From Octopus bimaculoides (Eukaryota): a stretch of DNA of 64,000 nt. Below the pieces are notes generated by a model. The model ran no database searches and was not told the DNA's origin. It saw only the letters and a list, made by a program, of their open reading frames with translations. The position numbers were made by a program, and so were the translations under genes. Where the stretch lies: the NCBI RefSeq assembly GCF_001194135.2, contig NC_068985.1:30655715-30719714 (forward strand). The letters are read 5' to 3'. Positions 41,550-54,363 of this stretch are shown piece by piece. Numbering within the stretch: position 1 is the stretch's first letter; every line of letters begins with the position of its first letter.

Positions 41550-42950
41550 TTCTAAGACCCCCTGATGGGGGCCTTAACTTCCAAATTTTAGTCATTTTTT
41601 ATAATCCAAAACTAGGTCAAAAGTACTAAATAGATCTTTATGAAATTTGAAATTATATTCTATGCAAAAGGACAGATGTAATGCAGTATATGTTTGAAAA
41701 TGATGGGGGGCATAAATGAGGCCATAACCCCCATGAAAATTTATATATTTTTGCTGTTGATGAAATTTTAACCATACATATCAAACACAAATGATGTAAT
41801 ATTCCTAAAATTACAATTTCTTGCGAGTTAGTAAGACCCCTTAATGGGGGCTTAACTCCTACAATTTAGTCTTTTTTCCTAAGCCAAGGCAAATACAATT
41901 GTAGTCTTGGAAGCTGTAGAGTCACTCAAGGATACAAGATGAGCATTATTTGTAATTCAATGGTACAGTAGTGTAAGAGTTTGCTTTGAGATATACTTAC
42001 ATTGTGATTTCTGCAATGTGGTGCATAAATTATCAAGTAAAGGAGATGCATCTTTGCCTCAACTGATTCAGTTGCAGAGTATTATTTTGAGTAAGGTTAT
42101 TTGGTTGCAGACCTCCTTTGAGTCTTTTTATTATCACTGGGTCAGATATAGTCCCTAGATGGTGACATTCATTTCAAGGCCTTTCCAGATAAGTGATTGG
42201 TCATTCAAAGGGATTTATAGATTGCAAATTTATTCTGTTCAGTTACCTATAGGTATAGTGATCATTGGCAAACTCCAGAGGTGACACTTTCATTTCCCTT
42301 TAGCCCTCACGTCACACAGTTGTTAATGTTTATTTAAATTGGGTCACGCCCTTCAAATTGCTATAGATTCATAATGCATCGTATGGCTGTGCCGATCACC
42401 TGTATAGTGAGGAATCCTACATTGGAGAGTGGTAACGACTAGGGTAGGGTAGCTGACTGCTTATTGTGGTTATTCGTCTTTTGGTTTCCTCTATCTTTGC
42501 TCTCTTTTACAAACCCAGTGAACATTCATATATTTCCGATTTCAAATATGAACAATGGATATATGACACAAGTTAAAAAAGATTCCCAACAATTCAACTT
42601 CTCTGGTTGACTTTAAGACCCCACCACCCTAATAGGGGCCTTAACTCACACATTTTAGAGCTCCATGTGCTCCATGTGCTCCATTTTTCAGGAGCAAAAT
42701 CCTTTGAATAGGTTTTATAAGATTAGGATTTTGGAATCTGGGTATAAAGGTGATTAGTATGGGGTAAATATGTCATAATTAGAATTTTTGTTAGGGTGTG
42801 TAAAGAGGGAAAGAACCCTCATTAAAATTCTTAATCACCAATTTTGATGAAATTTGAATCCTAGATATTCCAGCTCATTAGAAAATATAAAAGAAAAGTC
42901 TAATTTTACTATTCCATGTGACACGGACAATGCCAGGTATCCCTGCTAGT
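41550..42950 (+). mobile_element. Probable Helitron-like element with three copies of TAAGACCCC..GGGG(C)CTTAACT
   Basis: 3' end ACACGGACAATGCCAGGTATCCCTGCTAG|T; motif copies at about 41553, 41832 and 42614; 5' boundary uncertain. Confidence 0.4.
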
Positions 42951-44085
42951 TTATTATAAGAATAAGGATTTAACAAGTTTAATGAAAAGTATGAATATGG
43001 TTAAATGTAGGTATAGGAGAAGTATAGAAGTAAAAAGTAAGAGCTTTAAATCTTTTACATTAACTGGGAATACAATAAGTGATTACTAGAATATAATATT
43101 TAGTTAAATCGTTGTACTGGAATTACCAGCAGAATGTAGAGTAAAATAAAGAATTATGGAATGTGATACCATGTAAAGTTTCATTAAGTGGTAAATTTAG
43201 AATAGGAAAAGTAAATAAGCATTTCAGAGAAGGATGTAGGATGGTATCATCATCATCATCATCATCGTTTAACGTCCGCTTTCCATGCTAGCATGGGTTG
43301 GATGATTTGACTGAGGACTGGTGAAACCGGATGGCAACACCAGGCTCCAATCTAAATTTGGCAGAGTTTCTACAGCTGGATGCCCTTCCTAACGCCAACC
43401 ACTCAGAGAGTGTAACTATCATAGTATAAGAAGAGGCATGACAGGGTGCTCTATGGATTAAATTAAATTAAATATATAATGCACCTATAGTTTATGTAGA
43501 TGAGAACTGTGTGGAGAGATTCAAAGTGTGACATTTAGACTTATGATAAAATCAGAATGTTTTGAAAAATCTTTGGGCATAAGTGATAAACACATCATTT
43601 TGTCAATTCAAGTAATTGTGGTGAATAGTGTAATAGGATTTGTATAGATTCTTTTAAACATAACCAACAAGATGCATGGCTTCCCTAGTATGACATTTCA
43701 GTATTGATGATAGACCTAGTAATATTATACGGTACACTGTTTCTCTTAAGATTGTGTATGTGGTTAGCTAATCGGGTAGACTTATTGTGTTTAGTAGATT
43801 TAAAAGAACTCAGATGAGTTATCCATGTTTAAAACTGACAGTGGCACCAATGTATATCCTGACAGAGTTTTATTGTTTGTTAAGGACAGTGTATTCATAA
43901 ACATTATTAAATCTACAGCAGTTGCCTTGTAATGGTCAATTATTATGCATTTTACAGTCGCATCCTTTCCTGTTGGACTTCCATTATGTTTGATTATTAG
44001 TATTATTACTAAGACATCTATCTGGGGTTAAAATAATGCTGTCAGATTCTTCTCTGTCACATTTGTTATATTCCATAGAGTTGTC

Positions 44086-44087
<2 letters not shown>

Positions 44088-44145
<58 letters not shown>

Positions 44146-44161
44146 GTTATTGTTGTTGTTG

Positions 44162-44226
<65 letters not shown>

Positions 44227-44266
44227 GTTATCATTATTATTATTATTATCATTATTATTATTATTA
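44088..44266. repeat. (TTA)n/(TTG)n microsatellite followed by a SINE family M head fragment
   Basis: Direct reading; source of the poly-N, poly-I and poly-L ORFs. Confidence 0.95.
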
Positions 44267-44709
44267 AGACAGCAAGCTGGCAGAATCATTAGCATGCATT
44301 TTTTTAATTGCATTTCAAGTTGAAATTTAGGCAGCAAAGCAGCCTGTGCACTAACTGTATGTACCTATTACTTTACAGTGTGTGTGTGTGTGTGTGTACA
44401 CACATACGCATGTGTGTATGTGTGTGTAAGAGTGTGTGTGTGTAAAAGAGTTCATGTGTGTGTGTAGAAACAGACATTTATATAGGTAGAAAATTGATAG
44501 ACCATAACTCACAAAAATATACACAAGCAAACAAATATTCACAGTGAAAAATTCTGTCTCATACTCTATAAGTGTTTATAGTGACATAACTTGCATACAC
44601 GCACACACACATGCACGCGCACACACACACATGCATGCACGCACACACAGACACACACACACACATGCACGCACGCACATACACACACACACACAGACAC
44701 ACATTTATA

Positions 44710-45930
44710 CCAGGTTGAGTCAAAAGGTTTTTCATATTTCTGGCTTTAATTAATAGTTCAAACAAATTACATACCAAAAGTGCTTATTCATCAAAATATA
44801 TACCATCATATTCTATTGAATATTGCCATCATTGTGTCAGAAGCTCATTTCTATACTTATACAATTTGGCTACTTTCGAGGCAAAAAACTCCATGGACCC
44901 ATTTTCAGCATCATCCACATTGTTGAACTTCCATTTATAAAGGAAATGAGCTATACCTCAGTAAAGGTGGTAATCTAAAGGTGCAAGTTTTGGACAGCAA
45001 GCAGGATGAGGAAGCACTTTCAGCCCTTCAAATTCCTCAAGTTTGTGCTTGGTCACATTGGTAGTGCATGTTGGGGCATTGTCATGCTGTAGGAGTGTGC
45101 ATCTTCAATTGATCAATGTCAGGTAGCAAGTTTTCAAAGCATTATATACTCACTATATTTGTTGAGCATAAAGGTTAGTATTCACAGCATGACCATCTGG
45201 GATAAGCTCAAAGTACAACACACCCTCCAAATTTCCCCAAACACAAAACATGACCTTCTGTTCAAACTGCCCATGTTTGACAACAGGTTCTGAACCCTGA
45301 CCAGAATGGATCCACTGATTTCTCTTACTAGATCCATTTTTCATCCCCAGTTATGAATCTGTGCCAAAAATGAGCATCTTGAGGATTTACCAGCAGTTGT
45401 TTGCAAATGTTCATGTATCATTGAGTCTGGGCATTGGTTAATTCATGAGGAGCCTCTCATCAATGTCTGTTCACAAGGCCGAACTTATGGTGGTGTCAGT
45501 TGATGGTGTTTTGTGAAAGACCAAGTTTTACCAACAATCTATTTGTGCTTGTTCTTAGCTGTTGGTCATGTATTTCAAGCAAGGCCTCATCTTCCATAAC
45601 AAAGTCTCCATGACCTTGGTTTGTCTTCAAGCCTGATGTGATCTTCTTTGAAATGTCTGAATCAGTCTTGTGCCAGCCACATATTCGTTGACGGTTCCTG
45701 AGCCTTCCACATCATTAATATTTTTTGCCACTTCCCTTGCTGTCAGTTCATTTTAACACAGGTAGCATAAAATAGCTCTAATTTTTTTCACCATTCATTA
45801 TCAAAGCTGTAAAATAAAGAATAAACTATTAATGCTTATATGCTATATAAAATAAAGAATTATAAACAATTAATGTTTATAATAGTGGGGCCCATGAATA
45901 TTTCATGAAATTAATAGCAAACCTATTGGG
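44710..45930 (-). mobile_element. Decayed mariner (DD34D-type) element in CFAP126 intron 1
   Basis: Minus strand KVMFCVWGNLEGVLYFELIP, HDNAP, PHPACCPKLAPLDYHL; termini degraded. Confidence 0.8.
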
Positions 45931-46019
45931 TTATTTCTGAAAACTTTATCAAAAAAATCTGAAAGCATAACCTGTGTTGTGTCTGTATGGAAAGATAGTT
46001 GCTCATCTGCTTTTCATTG

Positions 46020-46640
46020 AAAAGTGAAAGAAATTGGAATATGGTGAGGTAGACCCAGGAAGACATGGGATGAGGTGGTGAAGCATGATCTTTGAGCCTC
46101 ACAGAGGCAATGACTGGTGACTGAGATCTTTGGCAATGTGCTGTGCTTGAGAGGACCCATCAAGCCAAGTGCACTCATGCTGGTGGCACGTAAAGAACAC
46201 CTTTCAAGCATTGTCCCACACAGAGGCAAAGTGGCTGAGTTCCTTTCAAGCATTGGGCCTCATGGAGGCATAGGGCCTCATGGAGGCATAGGGCCTCATG
46301 GAGGCAATGACTGATACCTTTGGCATTATGTCATGCTTGAGAAGAAGACCCATCAAATTGAGCAAAATCACAGTTGTGGCAGATACCAGTGTCATGCAAA
46401 TTGGCACCCATGCTGGTGGCACATAAAAGCACCCCAGTGTCATACAAAGGACACCAGTTCTGGTATGTAAAAGCATCCATTACACTCTCAGAGTGGTCAG
46501 CATTAGGAAGGGCATCCAGCCATAGAAAACCATGCCAAATCAGACTGGAATCTGGTGCAGCCTTCCAGCATGCCAGCTCAGTGAAACCATCCAACCCATG
46601 CTAGCATAAACAACAGTCGTTAAATGATAATGATGATGAG
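46020..46640 (+). mobile_element. RTE LINE 3' fragment
   Basis: ORF2 end GRPRKTWDEVVKHDL-like sequence plus the same 3' UTR as 25660-26430 and a (GAT)n tail; contains an 18-bp x3 tandem at about 46254-46308. Confidence 0.8.
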
Positions 46641-46939
46641 GGTGATATACTTTATACACAATTTTATAGACTTAATTCACAATACTCATAAAATAAATAT
46701 TCGCTCTTATTTTTCCATTTTTCCCTAAACAAAAAGATATCCTGTACATATGATACAACCTTTAGTTAAAATTGCATATATCTGCCACATAAATAAGATT
46801 GACTCTTTCACAGAATTGCACTTATGCACGTATGTTAAGTGATAGATGATATAAGAAACTTAGTTCAATTAAAAAAAATACACTTTTCACTATCCATTCA
46901 CCACCACCACCACCTTCACCACCACTAATACCACCATCA

Positions 46940-46972
<33 letters not shown>

Positions 46973-47382
46973 GTCACTCACTCTCACTTTCTCTTTCTCT
47001 CACTGCCTTTCTTTAACCTCACCATCAGAACATCACTCCGCTAAAGTTATATTTCAACTCTCCTCCTCTACCATCAACTAACTTTTTAAAACTCGTAATA
47101 AATATTACATTCCTTCTACCTCACGTCATGGACGCTTCTCTCTCCCTCTTTTCTTTCTCCCCCTTTCTGTCTCACACTTCATCTTATCCTCTTTTTCCCC
47201 CTCCTTTTTCTTTCTCCTCTCCTTCCCTTCAACCAATCACGTGAAAACATTACAATTACATTCCCTCTACCTCACATCATGGACACTTCTCTCTCCCTCT
47301 CTTTCTCTAGTCACATGAAAGCATTACTGATGAGCTAAGTAACACAATGACAAACAGAATTATTATAAAATGTTATATATGT

Positions 47383-47722
47383 GAAGGCACATGGCTCAGT
47401 GGTTAGAGCATTGGGCTCACAATCATGAGGTAGTGAATTCAACTCCCAGACCAGGCTGTGTGTTGTGTTTTTGAGCAAGACACTTTATTTCACATTGGTC
47501 CAGTTCTCTCATCTGTAGAAATGAGTTGTGACATTATTGGTGCCAAGCTGTATCGGCCTTTGCCTTTCCCTTGGATAACATCAGTGGCATAGAGAAGGGC
47601 AGCTAGTATCCATAGGTGACTGCTGGTCTTCCTTAAACAACCTTGCTTGGCCTTGTGTCTCGGAGGGGAGCTTTCTAGGTGCAAACTCATAGTCATTCAT
47701 GACCAAAGGGGTCTTTACCCTT
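47383..47722 (+). mobile_element. tRNA-SINE family B, CpG-decayed
   Basis: TGGCTCAGTGGTTAGAGC A box; GAATTCAACTCC B-box-like motif. Confidence 0.75.
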
Positions 47723-48309
47723 TATGTTATATTTGCAAATAAGCAATAAACAATTCAGCAATGATTGGACAACAAGTTGTATCAAATTAATGATACAACA
47801 TGGAGATACAAGTTGGGTACATATAATATATATATGTGAGCATGTGTGTGTGTATGTGTTTGTATGTGTGTATGTATGTGTATGTATGTATCTTAATTCT
47901 AGTATATCATATTATTATCTATATTTTAATCTTAGCTGAGCAGCAGCCTTTTGGTTAAGAAGAAGGTGTAGTTTTTAAATTCTCCAAATTACAGGCCATA
48001 ACCTGAAATCAGTAGTCATATTTTACAATTGTCAGAAGCACAAAATTGCATAACCTGAGGAAATTGTAATGCAGGAGATGCCTGCATATGATTTACAGCA
48101 GGCAATATTTGAATTCCATTGGCAATGTTACAACTTTTCTTCTGTGATTTTTTTCCAACGTGTGTGTGTGTGTGTGTGTGTGCAACACAAGAAGGTATCA
48201 TATGCAATAACTAGTGACATAGTATCTCTGTAAACTGCTACAAAAACAAAAGAGATGTATTAGAGAGAGGAAATTACAGTGATATGAAATTGTTGGCCAA
48301 ATTATGAAA

Positions 48310-48730
48310 GTCAACAAAAGAGTCATAAGCACAACAGCTCAATGATAGAATTAGACTAGATGTCATTTTTCTAGTAAGAGGAATGCAGCAGAAGTATTTA
48401 GTAAAGAATAGCAACTCTGTGTAGCACTCACTGACATGAAAGCCTTTGACTGGGTACCATGCTTAATAACCTGGTGGTCACTTAAGAAACAAACTGTAGA
48501 TTAATGGCTTATGAGAGCTGTATGTAGAAAGATGGACTCAGTAATATGAAAGTCAGTGATGAGTACAATTAGGAATTTAACATCGCTGTACTTCACTGTA
48601 CTCATTACCATTTAGTCACACTAAATATTCAATCCTCAGACCCTTACTATTCATCATGGTCACAGACGAGTTCAAGACCAGCTGTCCATGGCAACTCCTA
48701 TATGCTGATGATCTAGCTCATATGGCTGAA
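48310..48730 (+). mobile_element. Old RTE reverse transcriptase relic
   Basis: ..GACATGAAAGCCTTTGAC.. (D-EKAFD) and CCATGGCAACTCCTATATGCTGATGAT (PWQLLYADD). Confidence 0.65.
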
Positions 48731-49160
48731 TATATAGAATTCTAACTCTTCTATGTCTTACTCTTTGTCTCTTCCCTACTTTCTTCCTAGTTCACCAGAG
48801 TAAATAAACATACCTGAGGCTATTGAATGCACTCTATATTTACACTGCTATCCCACCTCTCAACCATACATTTCTGGCCTTTCTGCTGACATTGCTATAT
48901 CTCCTTATTCCATTCCTCAATCTACATGCCTTAGGCTACAATGTACTCTGTTAGTGCCATGAGAAAATACTTTCAGTATCCTCTGTAAAAGTGGTTGGTC
49001 ATAGGAAGGATATAAAAAAACAAAGCCAAATGACACATAAAGTCTTTAAGGGCAGTAGTGCCCAATAAGGAATGACAAATGATGACCTATCCAACCCATG
49101 CCAGCATGGAAAGCAGGCATAAAATGATGATGATGACAACAATGATGACAACAATAACAA

Positions 49161-49218
<58 letters not shown>

Positions 49219-50098
49219 TCTCTTAACCAGGAGAGAAGGCCTTTTTCAAGGTTTCTAATACTACTGGGAAAGAGGAAAGAAAGTTTCCCAAACCAGAGGC
49301 CCATCCCAACTGCTTGCTACAGAGTGGACCTGGACTCTGCAAGAGGAACCCAAGTCACCAGATAGAAGGTGTTAAACAGGACAACTGGAGGGTCCATTCA
49401 TGTCTTCCAATTGCAGTGTAGTGCCAATAAAGGACAGAGGACAGGCTACATGATTCATAATATGCTGTTCAGATTCAGTGTCTTGTGTATCATAAGTAAA
49501 ATCGAATTTGACTGTGAATTAGGTAAATTTGATCTGCCATCCACTTTACACCACTACCTGGTCCTTCATTGTCTAGCAAGAACCACTCTGTTTGAACATT
49601 TGAACCAAGTCTCTATTCTTGGGTTAACTTTGTTCTTTTTCTCTGCTAGTCTTAGAACTTGTGAAAAGGGTCATCTATGCTGCCCTTTCTTTTCTGAGCC
49701 CTGCCTCCACTACAACCAAAAGAAAAAGTGAGAGGCATGAACTGTATCAACTGAGTTATCCATAGCATAAATCTAGTAGCATGCCTAGGAAAGGGTGTGG
49801 GATGAGGCAGTCTATCCCAGGTGACACTTTCACAGGGACAGCATTTTTTAGGTCTGCTGTATTAGCATGTGTAGGCTGTATTGAAATATAGGGTGGGGGA
49901 GTGCAAATTCAAGGGCTGCCCTGGGTTGCACACACTCTATGTCACTGTATAAATACCAGTAATATACTATAATACCAGTAATATACTAAATTAGTTAAAT
50001 GTATTTCTCTGGAAGGCTTTCTGTAACTTTTAGATTCACTTCTCCAGAAAACAGTTCTTTTACCTGGTCAACTTCTTTTTAATATTCATCTATTACAG

Positions 50099-50155
50099 TA
50101 TGAAGATGGCTTCTGCCGATCAAATCGCTGGGAGATTCCAAATAAATTAAGCCAG
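50099..50155 (+). CDS. CFAP126: CFAP126 coding exon 2 (YEDGFCRSNRWEIPNKLSQ)
   Basis: TTACAG acceptor and GTAAAA donor; 57 bp, phase 0; resembles YEKAF....W..P. Confidence 0.8.
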
Positions 50156-50422
50156 GTAAAAAATTTTATTTCAGCATTTCTTTATTCAATTTTCAGCATT
50201 TCTTTATTTTCTTTACAATTAAATATGATTGTTATTTTGCTAAGTAACTTAATTTTATGTTTCTCACACTGTTGCAGCTGTATGCTATATGGGTGTCTAA
50301 AGGAATAAAAATAAAAATAAATATTGTGTACACCATAAGAATTCAGAATCTTCAAGAGGCATGAAATAAATCATTTTTAATGGTGGAACTCAAAATAGAC
50401 AATCATCATCATCGTCGTCGTC

Positions 50423-50469
<47 letters not shown>

Positions 50470-50725
50470 TTAACATCCATTTTCCATGCTGGCATGGGTT
50501 GGACAGTTTGACTGGAGCTGGTCAGGAAAGGGACCGCTCCAGACTCCGTTGCCTATTCTGGCATGGTTTCTATGGCTGGATGCTCTTTCTTATGCCAACC
50601 ATTCTACAGTGTGTACTGGGTGCTTTTTATGTGGCACAAGCACCAATGCTTTTAACATGGATCCAGCATGAGTGCCTTTAACATGGCACCAGCACCAGTG
50701 CTTTTGACATGGCACCAGCACCATA

Positions 50726-51310
50726 AAGTTATAAATAATCCTTTCTCTTATAGGTACAAAGCTGAAATTTTAAGGGAGGGGGCTAGTTGATTATATTGGC
50801 CCCAGTGCTCAAATAGTATTTATTTTATCGCCCCCTGAAAAGATTAAAGATAGAGTCAACCACTATGAAAACAAAGTTATAAATAATCCTTTCTACTATA
50901 GGCACAAGGCTTGGAATTTGTGGCGAGGAGGATAATCGATCACATCGATCCCAGTACTTGACTGATATTTAATTTATCGACCCTAAAAGGATGAAAGGCA
51001 ACGGTGACCTCGGCAGAATTTGAACTCAGAATGTGGCAATGGACAAAATACCATTAAGCATTTCCTCCAGCGTGCTAACGATTCTGCCAGCTCACCGCCT
51101 TAATAAATAATAATAATAGCATGTAAAATATTGGGGTTTTTTGTTGTTTTCTTTAACCCAATATTTACATGCTGTTATTAATAGCTTTATCAAGGCAGTA
51201 AGTTGGCAGAATCATTAATGTGCCAGACAAAATGCTTAGAAGCATTTCGTCTGTCTTTACTTTCTGAGTTCAAATTTCACTGATTGACTTTAACTTTCAT
51301 CCTCTCAGTG
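50726..51310. mobile_element. SINE family M cluster: two tandem minus copies, then a plus copy, with a palindromic spacer
   Basis: 50748-50870 (-), 50896-51102 (-), 51190-51310 (+); spacer hairpin 51112-51138 / 51155-51179. Confidence 0.75.
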
Positions 51311-51765
51311 TAATCAACTATCGCCATACCCTTCCATTCATACCCTTGTGCCTATAGTGAAAAATTATTTATAGTTTTATTTACTTTTAGTTCTACTATT
51401 AAAAATAAGTATATTTTGTTACATTTTGAAATTCTACTTTTCTCTTCATTTTCCTGACTTGTTTTGGAACAGTTGTCTCCAATATAAAAATTGCATATAT
51501 TCGCTGTATATTCTCAAACACAGGATTCAGCAAATTTAATCACTGATTATTTCTCTAGCCTTTATGTTTAGGGAAATCTTTATTTCAAATTTATATTTTT
51601 GATCAATCTTTACGGTCTATTCTCACTCTCCACCTCCATCCCCACTCTCTGTCTGTCTGTCTCTCTCTCTCTTTTTCTCTCCCCCCCTCTCTCCCCCTCC
51701 CCCTCTCTCTCTTTTCATTTCTTTTTCATTTCTTCTTCATCTTACAAAAGAACTGTTTATTTCAG

Positions 51766-51901
51766 TATCCAAAACAACAAGATGGATTCACAGTTGTCAT
51801 TGCAAACAATGACGGTCATCTACTTGAAGGTGTAAAGCGTTCAAAAAATTCTCCATGGGGTAATTTCGTTGATACCTGGGATTTCCCTTTAAAAATACCA
51901 G
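51766..51901 (+). CDS. CFAP126: CFAP126 coding exon 3 (YPKQQDGFTVVIANNDGHLLEGVKRSKNSPWGNFVDTWDFPLKIP)
   Basis: Flattop core motif G.T.IIAND.GHLL...RS...PWG.F..TW..PLKIP; TTTCAG acceptor and GTATTT donor. Confidence 0.93.
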
Positions 51902-52231
51902 GTATTTTTATTATTTTGCTTACAACTGTCAACTGAATTTGAACCCATAAAAGATACACAAGTATATTAGATGCCCCACCCACTCCTGATTCAGCAGAGC
52001 ATGTTCAAGAAAAAAAGTTTTTAGTGCATTAACCTTTTAGCATTCAGATTACTGTCAAAAGTAAATCCCTATTTATCCACAATGTTTTGAATTAATCACA
52101 GATTATCTCATAGTTTCAAGATTTCACTGTTGTGATTGTTTATTTTCAGAATGACACGGAAGAGTGTGAGAGGTTAGTGTAAACATGAAGCAGGTAGAAT
52201 ATCAGGGCCTAATAAGGCCAGTTTGTGAAAG

Positions 52232-52552
52232 TGCAGGGTTTAGTGGTTAGGACATTTGATTCACAGTCATAAGGTTGTGAGTTCAATTCCTGGTAGCATG
52301 TTGTGTTCTTGAGCAAGGCACTTGATTTCACATTGCTCTAGTCCACTCAGCTGGCAAAAATGAGTTGTACCTGTATTTCAAGGGGCCAGTCTTGTCACAT
52401 TCTGTTTCATGCTAAGTCCCCCTGAGAACTACGTTAGGCTAGAGGTACATGTGTCTGAGGAGTACTCAGCCATTTGCACATTAATTTCACAAACAGGTTG
52501 TTCTGCTGATTGGATTATCTGGAACCCTCGTCATAATTGATGGAGTACCAGT
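52232..52552 (+). mobile_element. Mosaic tRNA-SINE inserted in a piggyBac-type MITE
   Basis: Family B central domain plus a tail matching 357-510 of the 130-522 SINE. Confidence 0.7.
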
Positions 52553-52945
52553 TCAATATGGCCAGTTTAAATGTTAAATGGTTAAAGCTAATGGAAGGTC
52601 CAACTTTGCATATAGGACCTAGGGTTATTTTATTGAGACTTTTTTGCAAATTGCGCATCTTATATACCAGCTAACATGGAACTTATGATTACTTGTATAT
52701 TTTATATATGAAATTGCAAGATCATAATTAAAACAATAGCTTCCTTAGAAATAAACCTCAAATATTTTTTGTCATTATACATTCAATAATTATTTCTGCA
52801 CTGTAGCAATTAAAAAAGAGCATTATATTTGAAATTGTTTTGTTTTGTTTTGTTTTATTTTTCTTTTCTTCTTTTTTTTCAACAACATTAAAAAGCTGTT
52901 TCAATTTTTATTTTTTGAACTCATACATAACTGCTTACTTTGCAG

Positions 52946-53055
52946 GGAGCTCTGGACTGAATACAACTGCTCGGAGACAAGCATCAGCAAAAGGTTTAAG
53001 CAACCTGAAGGAAAACTTTGATAGACAAATGCAAGACTTTAACATTGAAACTAGT
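52946..53055 (+). CDS. CFAP126: CFAP126 coding exon 4 (GSSGLNTTARRQASAKGLSNLKENFDRQMQDFNIETS)
   Basis: TTTGCAG acceptor and GTAAGA donor; phase 1 to 0 fits the flanking exons; NTTAR resembles TLTSRT. Confidence 0.8.
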
Positions 53056-53895
53056 GTAAGAGAGTTTTCAAAATGCAAGACTTTTGTATCTTCATATAAA
53101 ATGGCTGTGTGGTTAAGAAGCTTGCTTCCCAACCATGTGGTTTTAGGTTCAGTTTCACTGCAAAGTACCTTGGCAAGTGTCTTCTACTATTGCTCCAGGC
53201 TGGCCAAAGCCTTGCAAGTGAATTTAGATAGAAACAGAAAGAGACCTGTTTTGTGTGTGTGTGTGTGTGCATTAGTGTGTGTGTATACACACACACACAC
53301 ACACACAACTATCTACACTAATCATCTCCATTTTTCACTTTCTCCCACTGTATTGTTCTCCATCTTTAACACCTTGCTTATTTGCTATCACCCTCAATAC
53401 CCTTACATGTTAAAAATAGCAGCCAAAACCGCTATAAAGCCATTATATCACTCATATCATCACTCTCTAATTATAATAAGAGTGGCTGTGTGGTAAGTAG
53501 CTTGCATACCAACCACATGGTTCAGAGTTCAGTCCCACTGCGTGGCACCTTGGGCAAGTGTCTTCTACTATAGCCTCAGGCCGACCAAAGCCTTGTGAGT
53601 GGATTTGGTAGATGGAAACTGAAAGAAGCCCGTCGTATATATGTATATATGTGTGTGTGTATGTGTGTGTGTGTGTTTGTGTGTCTGTGTTTGTCCCCCC
53701 AACATCACTTGACAACCGATGCTGGTGAGTTTACATCCCTGTAACTTAGCGGTTCGACAAAAGAGACCGATAGAATAAGTACTAGGCTTACAAAGAATAA
53801 GTCCTGGGGTTGATTTGCTCAACTAAAGGCAGTGCTCCAGCATGGCCACAGTCAAATAACTGAAACAAGTAAAAGAGTAAAAAGAGTAAAGAGTA

Positions 53896-54363
53896 NNNNN
53901 NNNNNNNNNNNNNNNNNNNNNNNNNNNNNNNNNNNNNNNNNNNNNNNNNNNNNNNNNNNNNNNNNNNNNNNNNNNNNNNNNNNNNNNNNNNNNNNNNNNN
54001 NNNNNNNNNNNNNNNNNNNNNNNNNNNNNNNNNNNNNNNNNNNNNNNNNNNNNNNNNNNNNNNNNNNNNNNNNNNNNNNNNNNNNNNNNNNNNNNNNNNN
54101 NNNNNNNNNNNNNNNNNNNNNNNNNNNNNNNNNNNNNNNNNNNNNNNNNNNNNNNNNNNNNNNNNNNNNNNNNNNNNNNNNNNNNNNNNNNNNNNNNNNN
54201 NNNNNNNNNNNNNNNNNNNNNNNNNNNNNNNNNNNNNNNNNNNNNNNNNNNNNNNNNNNNNNNNNNNNNNNNNNNNNNNNNNNNNNNNNNNNNNNNNNNN
54301 NNNNNNNNNNNNNNNNNNNNNNNNNNNNNNNNNNNNNNNNNNNNNNNNNNNNNNNNNNNNNNN
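53896..54363. other. Assembly gap (N-run); other gaps at 4059-4068, 17644-17876 and 19962-20039
   Basis: Runs of n. Confidence 1.

Noticed and set aside
41860-42600. Possible LINE ORF1 relic on the minus strand
   Set aside because: Too degraded; no motif can be supported.
43984-44337. Poly-Asn, poly-Ile and poly-Leu ORFs
   Set aside because: Translations of a (TTA)n microsatellite; no splice or homology support.
46254-46308. GPHGGI x3 collagen-like repeat
   Set aside because: An 18-bp tandem expansion inside an RTE 3' UTR.
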